From assembly GCF_006345805.1 (NCBI RefSeq), contig NC_043007.1, positions 25,606,001 to 25,670,000 of the forward strand: 64,000 nt of DNA. Reading direction: 5' to 3'. A program made the translations under genes and the position numbers. The stretch comes from Octopus sinensis. Lineage: Eukaryota. Shown here one piece after another: positions 37,705-48,954 of the stretch. Positions within the stretch are counted from its first letter, which is position 1; each line of letters opens with the position of its first letter. The notes below the pieces were generated by a model. That model made no database searches. It was not told the origin of the DNA and saw nothing but the letters and a program-made list of their open reading frames with translations.

Positions 37705-38724
37705 CAACTCATTTCTACAGCTGAGTGGTCTGGAGCAATGTGAAATAAAGTGTCTTGCTCAAGAACACAACACACAGCCTGGTCTGGGAATCGAACTCAC
37801 TACCTCATGATTGTGAGCCTGATACTGTAATTACTGAATCATGCACCTTCACTTACATACATACATGTATGCAACTTGAGTAGCCATGTAGCTCCTCTAC
37901 TGCAAGAAGCTTCCGTACTCCAACCTCTTCCCACATGTCTTAACTTTAACCCCCATCTAACCATACAGAGGCCACATTCTGCCTCCTTCGGTTTGTTGAC
38001 TTGAAAGCTACATGGTGATCTCAACAGTACTGGATGCACGAAAAAGGCCCCCAATACAGACTGTAAAGTGGTTGGCACTGGGAAGGGCACCCAGCCATAG
38101 AAACCATGCCAAAGCAGATACTGGGGTATGATACTGCAGTCCTTGACTCACTGCATCCTTGATTAACTGTACCACCCATGCCGGCATCGAACATGGATGT
38201 TAAATGATGAAGATGCTACATGTGCATTTATCAGTCCAATGTTCACTTTCCCATACTTGTATGAATCACATGAAATTTAGTGAGGCAAATTTTCTATGGC
38301 CGGATGCCCTTCCTGTTGCCAATCGTCACCTACTTCCAAGCATGGTAATATCTTCCCCCACCCCCGTCCATGGTCAGATATGTTTTCGTGGAAAACTAGA
38401 AACAAGGAATATAAATTGTCACATAAGATTATGATGACAGATGTGTGTGACACACAAACACACACACTCTCTCTCTCTCTCGCTCTCTCTTTCTCTCGCT
38501 CTCTCTCTCGCTCTCTCTCTCTCTCGCTCTCTCTCTCTCTCATTCACTCACTCACTCATGCATCGCAGGCTTTTTTCTGTTTCTTTCTACCAAATCTACA
38601 CTTGCATGGCTTTTGTTGGCCCAGGGTTAAAGGAGAGAAAAAAACAACCTGCCTGAGGTTCCACAGTGGGTCTGAACCCTAAACTACGGGGTTGTGAAGT
38701 GAACTACTTAACCATACAGCCGTA

Positions 38725-38828
38725 CCTTCACTTATTAACCATGCCTTCACTTATTAACCATGCCTTCACTTATTAACCATGCCTTCACTTATTAACCATG
38801 CCTTCACTTATTAACCATGCCTTCACTT
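38725..38828. repeat. Perfect 19-bp minisatellite, about 5.5 copies
   Basis: CCTTCACTTATTAACCATG at 38725, 38744, 38763, 38782 and 38801, plus a partial copy. Confidence 0.95.
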
Positions 38829-39539
38829 TTTCACCATGCCTGAGCCTATGTATGTATGTGTGTATATATATATATATGTGTGTGTGGGCTGTGTATGGTA
38901 GAAGAAACTTGCACAAGGGGTCATGCAGTGTGGGGACTGAATCTGGAACGATGTGGCCGAGAAATGAACTTCTTACCACACAGCTATGCCTACACCTGAT
39001 TACATATGTAACCAGATACCTATAAGCCAAGGTGTGCTTGTCACGCTGTGACTCATAACAGTTCTCTCTATATACCACCTTTTGTAATTGAAGCCTGTGA
39101 AGTTGTGAAATGAAACTCATCGTGTCACTTTGTTTTGCATAATCAGATAATAATGACCCCTTGTAATAAAAAAAGAAACATTACAAATATCGTTACTTTC
39201 AGTTTCCTGTTAACTTTCACCTCTACCTCACCTTTTTCCCATTTCCCTACCGTTGTAAACATCTCTAGTTTTGTCAGTGTACGTTAAGGAGTGTAATTTC
39301 TGTTATCATTTTCATGAGTATTCTTCTGTGCTTCTTCAACATGGTATTTTGTCACTTGCTATGGTCTAGCAGGTACATCATTACATAGATATATCACTAT
39401 TGGGTTTTCCATTTATGACGGCCAATATATATGTATATATAAAAGTAGATAAATGGTACAACAAAGCACCAATATTTACTGGAAAATAGCAATTGATATA
39501 AATACAATGCTATTGTATAGCTTCACTGCGTATATACTA

Positions 39540-39840
39540 GAAAGACGTGTGTGTGCAACAAACATGAAAAATTTGTCTTACTTCTAGGAAGAACATTCAA
39601 TAAATGGACAACCCAGAATCGGATAAAGCAGGACCGGTTTCTAACTCTTCAAATACGTTTGACAACGTAAATTTGATTAGTCTTCATCAGCTGCATTTAC
39701 CTAGACAATATTTCAAATGTTGCCACATCAATGCCAGTACATATATATATATATAAATTAAGCAGAAAATGGAGAAATCTTGATCAACAACAATTGACTA
39801 ACATCCATTTTCTGCTCAATTTAAATTTAATTCCTGATAA
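39540..39840 (-). mobile_element. Possible Penelope-like remnant with a hammerhead-like motif
   Basis: + strand ACGTTT-GAC...GTCTTCATCAG signature; adjacent 13-bp inverted repeat AGCAGAAAATGGA / TCCATTTTCTGCT. Confidence 0.35.
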
Positions 39841-41049
39841 ACTCATGTTTATCTTTGTATCCTATGAGCATAATATGCTTGCATATGCATGCCCACGGTT
39901 AACATAGGTAATTATACCAGTAGTAAAATGGATGTTTTTATCCCTTAGACAGTTATTCCAACCTCTAACTCTACTAACCTTATATATCATCATCATCATC
40001 GTTTAATGTCCGCTTTCCATGCTGGCATGGATTGGATGGTTTGATTGGGGTCTGGGAAACCAGGAGGAAGCACCAGGCCCCAATCTGATCTGGCAGTGTT
40101 TCTACAGCTGGATGCCCTTCCTAATGCCAACTACTCTGAGAGTGTAGTGGGTGCTTTTTATGTGCCACTGGCATCGACCATATGATCAGATGGCGCTTTC
40201 TACATGCCACCAGTATGGAAGCCTGTCAAAGCGGCACTGGCATTGGCCACGTTTGGATGGTGCTTTTTACGTGCTACCGGCACGGGGCTCACAACTACAA
40301 TTTCCATTTGATTTGATTTTGATATTACTGATGTTGATGTACGTGACTCAATAGGTCTCCTCAACCACGGCATGACACTCTATGTATGAATGTATGTATG
40401 TATGGATGGATGGCTGGATGGCAAAGCACATGTCTCAGTGTTTAGAGCATCCGGCTCACAATCATGAGGTAGTGAGCTTGATTGCTGGGCTGTGTGTGTG
40501 TATTCTTGAGCAAGACACTTAATTTCACATTGCTCCAATTCACTCTTCCGTAGAAATGAATCATAACGTCACTGACGCCAAGCAGTATTGGATTTTGCCT
40601 CTCCTTTGGCTGAGCTTCCAACCAGGCCTTTCGCAATATCCTCAAAACCAGGAACTTTCCAGCACCTCCTCATATGCCTCAGCCTTCTTCAAGCATCTTG
40701 TATTAAACTCAGTTGTTGTACCAGAATCTTGAACCTAACCCTTTATCTGATCCAGTGGGCTACACTGATCTCATACCACTCTCTGCACACCAATACAACT
40801 AATATAAACAGGGTACATAACATAAATTCCTCATCTCAGAAATATAGAACTGTAGTAACCTCTTTATTCAAGGGAATGTCAGGCCTTAGAATTCTCTTGA
40901 AAATCTCTCATGACAATCCCATATCCTTAATGTTTCCAAAGGGTCGTTGTAAGATAGACCCACCCACAACCCACTAAAACCTCTGTCCTACAACATGCTG
41001 CATGTTTCTTACTGCCACTACAATAATCTCTACTCCTGTATCTATAGAC

Positions 41050-41334
41050 CAGTGGTTCCCAACCTTTATTGGGCTGCCGCACCCCTCGACACTCAGGCTA
41101 CATTCCTGGTGCCCCACCCCAACTTACCACCACAAATGTAAACCTCTTTCTGAAGCAAATTCAAAGCAACTGCATTTCACATGTAAAATTTAACCTAATT
41201 AAACTATTATTTCGTTAGTTTTACATCAGTCGTCCCCTTTTGGCTACCCCATAATCACTCCACTTTTCTTCAATGCTCCCGTGGAACTTTCCACCACCCC
41301 TAGGGGGCAATTCAGCCCACTTTGGGAACCACTG
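41050..41334. mobile_element. hAT-type MITE
   Basis: Termini CAGTGGTTCCCAA / TTGGGAACCACTG; 8-bp TSD CTATAGAC / TTATAGAC. Confidence 0.85.
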
Positions 41335-41359
41335 TTATAGACTGTCTCTTACCTGATGC

Positions 41360-41402
<43 letters not shown>

Positions 41403-41569
41403 ACTCACTCACTCACTCTCTCTCCCTCTCTCTCTTCCTCTCTTGTTATTCATATTGTCTCTCATGTGCTACATCTGTTTTTTTTTGGGGGTTTTTTTCT
41501 GTTATCCCCTTGAACCCTTCTGCTGAACGGTTTAAGGAACTTTGCTGCCCTTAAATCTGCTAGATTTTT

Positions 41570-41960
41570 TAGTGGTATAAAATATTGAAGAAGGATGAGG
41601 AGTACCCGTGACCTTTTAGTCCCTCTTCCTAGACTGGTGAGATTGATGTGGTTGATGTTACGGTTTGAACTACTGGAGGTCAGAGATCAGTGTTTGTAGG
41701 AAAGAACATGGCCAAGAGAAGGAATTCTACAAGGTTGCAGTTCTTGGAGGAAAGGATTGAGCAAAACATTTAATTAGGGATGCAGGAATTGAGACATAGT
41801 GAGGGTGGTGGGAAGAGGAGAGATGGAATGGTCGGAGTAAATCTGAATGAAGAGGGTACACAGCTAGTTAGTTCTGGATTGACCCAGAATTGAAACTGAG
41901 ACACTGGCGTCACCTGCCCAATAGCTTACCTTCTGTTCATTTGACTGATCAGTCAGAAGT
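41570..41960 (-). mobile_element. Highly degenerate L2/Crack-like LINE 3' fragment
   Basis: Minus-strand remnants HPHYVSIP..QSFPPRTATL*NS..FK.NINHINL, broken by frameshifts. Confidence 0.4.
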
Positions 41961-42075
41961 AATAAAGACCTGCCTTTTCATCCTGCTCTTTAAGGACCTG
42001 TACTTTCAAACTCCCCCCTCTCTCTCTTCTATAAATTCCTACTCATGTATTCTGCTCTCCCTACCATCTACTCCC

Positions 42076-42278
42076 TAATTAAGGGCACTCCTCCAACATC
42101 ATCTGCTCTCTAATTAAGAGCCCTCCTCAATCTTCTGCTCCATAATCAAGAGCCCTTCCCCAATGTCATCTGCTTTCTAATTAAGGGCTTTCCCTTGTCA
42201 TCTACTCCTTAATTAAGAGCTTTCCTCTACCATATATTTCCTAATTAAGGACCCCAATTACATGCTTCCTAATTAGGG
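42076..42278. repeat. Degenerate 32-35-bp minisatellite with a TAATTAAG core
   Basis: Cores at 42076, 42111, 42143, 42178, 42210, 42242 and 42270. Confidence 0.75.
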
Positions 42279-42765
42279 TTCTCTTTTAACATCACCTTCA
42301 TAACGAGAGCCCAGTCCTTCCTTCTCTTCATTATTCTTTTTCTAGTAATGAAATTATTAATACATGCATTTTCAGTCTCTCTCATAGAGAGAGAGAGGGA
42401 GAGAGAGAGAGAGAGGAGGCAAATCGATAGAGCTGTTAGAACGGCAGATAAAATACTTGGTGGTACACTAATGTATATATACATTTTTTTTTTATTTGTG
42501 AATTAATAAGGCTACCTATGGTTTCATGTTAAGAGATCTTCACAATTGTTTGAGCATGTCATATGGCACACTTGAATAATTGTGAAGATCACTTTACATG
42601 AGACTATTGGTAGCCCTGTTAACCCACAAATAAAGAACATTTATCTACCAATGCAGTACTGAGCACTCATTCTCACTGTTCGATATTGGTGTATAATGTA
42701 TGTCTGTGTATGTGCATGTGTGTGTGTGTGTGTGTATATATATGAGGTGATATCATAAGGTTTCC

Positions 42766-43359
42766 TGGGATGAGGTGGTGAAGCACGACCTTTGAACGTT
42801 GGGCCTCACAAAGGCAATGACAAGCAACCAAGACCTTTGGAGATATGCTGTACTTGAGAAGACCTGGCAAACCAAGAGAGACTATAGCCCTGTCCTATGC
42901 CAGTGTCACATCACTGGCCCCTTTAAGAGTACCCTTCAATCATTGGGCAATATGCTGTGTTGAGAAGACCTTTCGAGTCAAGTGGAATCATTGTCGTGGC
43001 CGATGCCAGTACCGCCTGACTGGCACCTGTGCCGGTGACACGTAAAATGCACCATTTGGGCATGGTCGTTGCCAGTGCCACCTGACTAGCTCCTGTGCTG
43101 GGGCATGTAAAAAGCACCATTTGAATGTGGTCATTACCAGTGCTGCCTGACTGGTTCCTCTGCTGGTGGCCCATAAACAGCACCCTCAACACACTCTTGG
43201 AGTGGTTGGCATTAGGAAGGGCATCCAGCTGTAGAAACCTTGCCAGATCAGACTGGAGTCTGGCACAGCCTCCTGGCTTGTGAATCCTCAGTCAAACCGT
43301 CCAACCCATGCCAGCATGGAAAGCAGATATTAAACGATGGTGATGATGATAATGATGAT
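42766..43359 (+). mobile_element. RTE LINE 3' end including the full 3' UTR and (GAT)n tail
   Basis: Starts with the same WDEVVKHDL-coding sequence as 1650-1770 and runs into the family B sequence. Confidence 0.8.
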
Positions 43360-43932
43360 ATCAAGGACTTTCTGTGATTCCCTCTGGGTCTCGACAATGG
43401 TGTTAAAACGGCAACCTTAGAGCTGCATTTTCATCTTTGGGAAGAGATGGAAGTTTGTAGGTGTTGAATCTGGTGAATAGGGCATGTGAAGATGGCCTGG
43501 GGCTACAGTAGAATACACTTGTTGAAGGTGCCACTGAGTGGAACTGAACCTAAGACCATGTGGTTGTGAAGTTGGCTCACGATATAGGATTCATCACTGA
43601 AATATGTCTATGCATGTTTGCATGTATATACACACACATATTTAAGTGATGAGTGTTATTTAGTGAACCATCTTAGTCATTTTACTGAACTTTTATATAT
43701 CCCACCCTTTGTGTGTGTGTGTGTATATAATTACCAAAGTGATATGCATTGACTTTTTAGATGATTTGGCTCTGATCAGGATGTGGAATGTGATTGTGAT
43801 ATCTACACCTATGTGTGTGCATGGGAATACATACATACATATATATATACATATATATACATATATACACATACACACACATATATATATATATATATAC
43901 ATACACATTTAAATATATATATATATACACAC

Positions 43933-43991
<59 letters not shown>

Positions 43992-44606
43992 CACACACAC
44001 AATTACATGCCCTTCCTTACTCACATTCCTCCTAGCTTCTGTCTGTCACTGTAAAGTGTCCTTGGTGTTGTTTGTTTGCTCTTCAGGTTAAGTGCAATTT
44101 TATTATTATCATCATTATTATCATTATTATCATTATTATTATTATTATTATTATCATTGTCAACATTGTTGTCTATCTCCTTTCGCTTTCTCTCACATTC
44201 ATTCTCTCTCTCTCTCTCTCTCTCCCCCAGCACCATCTCCCCCCCTTCGCACACCGTCATGGTGTAATCAATGATTCTGTGTGAAAGATGACACTGCTGC
44301 TGCTGCTGCTACCGCTGCTGCCAGGTTGCAGTTAGGATTCTGTTATCAGTTTTTTTCTTCTTCTCAGAACACTGTGTCATTTCTCTGAGAGAAACAAAAG
44401 CCTCTCTTTTACACTCAAACATTCAAACAGTGTCATTTGGAATTGTTAGACTTTACCTACCTTTTGTCGGGTGACCGGGGTGGTGTGGAGGGTGGGAGTG
44501 ACAGCGGTAGTGGTGGTGGTGAGAAGGTGGGGGTTTCTCTTTTCTTGTTTTGTTCTCATTTCATGAATAATGATTTCTCATTGCAACCAGCACAAGGCAG
44601 TCATTT

Positions 44607-44649
44607 AATAATAATAATAACAATAATAATAATGATAATAATAATGATA

Positions 44650-44684
<35 letters not shown>

Positions 44685-44813
44685 AATCATAATAATAATA
44701 ATAATGATAATAATAATAATAATGATAATAATAATAATAATAATGATAATAATAATGATAATAATCATAATAATAATAATGATAATAATAAAATAATGAT
44801 AATAATAATGATA

Positions 44814-44848
<35 letters not shown>

Positions 44849-44987
44849 AATGATAATAATATAATAATGATAATAATAATAATGATAATAATAATAATAA
44901 TAATATAATAATAATGATAATAATCATAATAATAATAATATGATAATAATAATGATATAATAATAATAATAATAATGATAATAATAA
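44607..44987. repeat. (AAT)/(GAT) microsatellite
   Basis: Direct reading. Confidence 0.95.
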
Positions 44988-46440
44988 CCATCTCTACTAA
45001 AGGCACAAGGCCTGAAATTTGGGGAGAGGGGACTAGTCAATTACATCGACCCCAGTGCATATCATCATCATCATCATCGTTTAACGTCCGCTTTCCATGC
45101 TAGCATGGGTTGGACGGTTCGACCGGGGTCTGGGAAGCCAGGAGGCTGCACCAGGCTCCAGTCTGATCTGGATGTGTTTCTACAGCTGGATGCCCTTCCT
45201 AATGCCAACCACTCCATGAGTGTAGTGGGTGCTTTTTACGTGCCACCGGCACAGGGGCCAGACGACGCTGGCAATAGCCACAATCGGTTGGTGCTTTTTA
45301 CGTGCCACTGGCACAGGGGCCAGAGGAGGCTGGCAACGGCCACGATTGGTTGGTGCTTTTTTACGTGCCACCGTCATGGACACCAGTCAAGGTGGCACTG
45401 AATAATAATAACTCTTTCTACTAAAGGCACAAGGCCTGTAATTTGGGGAGAGGGGACTAGTCAATTACATCGACCCCAGTGCATATCTGGTATGTGTTTC
45501 ATTGACCCTGAAAGGATGAAAGACAAAGTCAACCTCGATGGTATTTGAACCCAGAACGTAGCAACAGGTGAAATAGCGCGAAGCATAATCATAATGGTTT
45601 CAAATTTTGGCACAAGGCCCGCAATTTCGGTGGAAGGTGTAAGTTGATTACATCAATCTCATTGCTCACCTGATGCTTATTTTATGTGCTCTGAATGGAT
45701 GGTAATCAAATTTGAACTCAGAACGTGAAGATGAATGAAATGCTGCTAAATATTTCACCTGGCATGCTAACGATTCTGATAGCTTTGCACCTTTATAATA
45801 ATAATAATAATAATAATAATAATCTTTTCTACTGGAAGCACAAGGCCTCAAATTTGGGGGAAGGGATTAAGTCGATTACATCGACCCCAGTGCAAAACTG
45901 GTTCTTATTTAATCAACTCCAAAAGGATCAAAGGCAAAGCCGACCTTTGCTGAATTTGAACTCAGAATGTAGTGACAGGTGAAATACCGAAAGCATTTCA
46001 TATAACGTGCTAATGATTCTGCCAGCTCACAGCATTAATAATAATAATGATAACAATAATGATGATGACGATGATATCAGATTTTGGCACAAGGCCAGCA
46101 ATTCTGGGAGCAGGGGTAAGTTTCTATCACATCGACCCCAGTGCTCAACTGGTACTTTATCCCTGAAAGAAATGAAAGGCAAGGTTGTCCTCCGCGGAAT
46201 TTGAACTCAGAACCTAAAGACGGACAAGATGCCACTTAGCATTTTGTTTTATGTGCTAATGATTCTGCCAGCTCACCACTTTAATAATAATAATAATAAT
46301 AATAATATAATAATAATAATAATAATGATTAATTATGGTTTATTGGCCACAAGGGCTAACAAAAATCAAAGAACATGTAAGGACAAATAATAATAATGAT
46401 AATGATAATGATGATAATAATAATAATAATAATCACTATT

Positions 46441-46590
46441 AAGTCATCAAAGATGATATAGACAGTGTGTGTAGAATATATGGAACTTTTGAAGAAACTT
46501 CTTAATGCATCTTCTCTGGTTACCAGTGTTGGCAATATACATACATACATATATACATATACATACATACATACATATACATATACATAC

Positions 46591-46632
<42 letters not shown>

Positions 46633-46652
46633 CACATATATATATACATACT

Positions 46653-46743
<91 letters not shown>

Positions 46744-47323
46744 CATATATGTCCAGTATACCTTCAAGCCTGCAGTGCACCTACACTGAACAAACAGCAG
46801 GGTATACAACATCAAAGTCACTGGAAAATGGTTTGACCACAGACCAGGAACAGTTGCCAAGAATGATAATGTTATCATCCCCTGGGACTTGCCAGTGCAG
46901 ACAGCTAGGGAAATCAAAGTAAACAGTCCAGACATCATAATTAAAAAGAAACAAAGATAAAAACCTGTATGTTGCTTGATATGACAAACGCTAATAGAAT
47001 GCAAGCACTTTCATTAAGTTCACAGAAAATCTATCTGAATATTTAGACCTTCAGATTGGGGCCTCCAGAATGTGGGACATGGCCATCCAAACTATACCAG
47101 TTGTGATTGGAGGACTTGGGTTCCTCACGAAGGGACCGGAAAAGTTTACTGGCAAAATGTCAGGAAACACCATCCTACAAGAACTTCAGAAAACAATCCA
47201 CCCAGGAACAATGTTTATATTGCTGGGTGCTTGCCCTTAAAGTAGTGACACCTTCTTTGTATACGCATGGTACCATGGTTGGGTCCCTGTGATATGAGAT
47301 CAAAACAGGGGACTCAAAGATAT
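46441..47323 (+). mobile_element. R4/Dong-like RLE LINE 3' fragment split by a microsatellite, (TAA)n tail
   Basis: Decayed zinc knuckle (DSVCRI.GTFEET..HLLSG); [39 protein letters not shown]; SEYLDLQIGASRMWDMAIQTIPVVIGGLG...QELQKT. Confidence 0.8.
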
Positions 47324-47364
47324 GATAATAATAATAATAATAATAATGATGATGATGATGATGA

Positions 47365-47920
47365 TGCCCTGATGTAGTACCAGGCAGTGGCTCTTGTGGC
47401 TTCTGATCTTAACTGATTGGAAGTATTATCATGTACATTGTTTTGTCTTGGTATAAAAGATGGGCTACAGCAAATATTCTTCTCGATACCAGAGATTTGC
47501 TTGTCAGTTGTTTGACCTTAACCAGTTGAGCATGTCCCTTAGTGGCTGACGATATGTGCATCCCTGATGACGAGCAGAAGTAGTGGGGGAGCATAATAGT
47601 CATGTGTTGAGAGGGATTGTTTGGGGTTTGAATAATTCATCTCTGGAAACATGGGTGTTTCGTTCAACATCCTTAAACAACCTTTATTCAGGGACCTTTT
47701 GAGCGAGATGGGTTACTCGACCAGAAGAAAACTCTAACTGGGCCCCACCTACAAGGTCGTGTGCTGTTTATCTCGATATGAGATCATCATGTCGTGCGCA
47801 TATGGTTGTGATGCATGTGCCTCGTGTACCTTTATCAGACGGGTAGTCATGATGGGTATATTGGGCTTTGTATATTTTACCCCATTGTTACTTTGATGGC
47901 ATGCACTGCTCTCTCACTCA
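47365..47920 (-). mobile_element. 550-bp microsatellite-flanked element, copy C
   Basis: Homology to copy A; (TAA)/(TGA)n flanks. Confidence 0.85.
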
Positions 47921-48414
47921 ATAATAATGATGATGATAATCCTTTCTACTGAAGGCACAGGGCCTGAAATTTTGGGGAAGGGGACTAGTTGATTACATTG
48001 ACCCCAGTGTTTCATCGGTACTTAACTTATTGACCCCCAAAAGGCAAAATTGACCTCAGCGTAATCATGATGGTTTTAAATTTTGCTACAAGAGCAATCA
48101 TTTTGGGGGAGGAGATGATTCGATTCCATGACCCAACTCCCTTCAAAATGTTATTGCCTGGAGACCATGCAGACCAGTTAACAAACAATGTCTCAACCCA
48201 TTAACTGCCAAATTGTTTTATTTATATTGGGGGGGGGGGCTTTGCTAGGTGTCTTAAGAGTTAAAATAATATATAGTATTTAAATTTTCTTCATATATGA
48301 AATATTTTGGAAATAATGATAAATTTTTTACTTATTTTATCAACCCTAGAAGGATGACAGGCAAAGGTGACCTGGTAGAATAATAATGATGATAATAATA
48401 ATAATAATGATAAA

Positions 48415-48954
48415 TGCCCTGATGCAGTACCAGGCAGTGGCTCTTATGCCTTCTGATCTTAATTGATTGGAGGTGTTATCATGTACATTGTTTTGTCTTG
48501 GTATAAAAGATGGGCTACAGCAAATATTCTGCTCAGTGCCACACATTTGCTTGACAGTTGCTTGACCGTAACCTGTTGAATGTGACCCTTAGTGGCTGAC
48601 AATATGTGCATCTCTGTTCACAAGCAGAAGTAGTGGGGGAGCATCATAGCCATGTGTTTAGAGGAATTCTCTGGAGTTTGAATAATTCACTTCTGGAAAC
48701 GTTTCCTGAAACAACCCTTATTTAGGGACCTTTTTGAGTGGGATGGGCTATTCATCTAGAAGAAAATTCTAACTGGGCCCCACCTGCAAGATCATGCGCT
48801 GTTTATCTTGACATAAGATCACCATGTAGTGCCATATGGTTGTGATGCATGTGCCTGGTGTACCCTTACCAGACGGGTAGTCATGATGGGTATATTGGGC
48901 TTCATATATTTGCACCCCAGTTCACTTTGTTAGCATGCATTGCTCTCTCACTCA
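48415..48954 (-). mobile_element. 550-bp microsatellite-flanked element, copy D
   Basis: Homology to copy A; (TAA)n and (TGA)n flanks. Confidence 0.85.

Noticed and set aside
38725-38828. CRISPR-like direct repeats
   Set aside because: The units abut with no spacers, there are no cas genes, and the context is a eukaryotic intron.
39588-39666. Poison or alternative-start exon (CTTCTAG|...ATGGACAAC...|GTAAAT)
   Set aside because: The splice signals are mediocre and the segment overlaps a probable Penelope-like remnant; it cannot be supported without RNA data.
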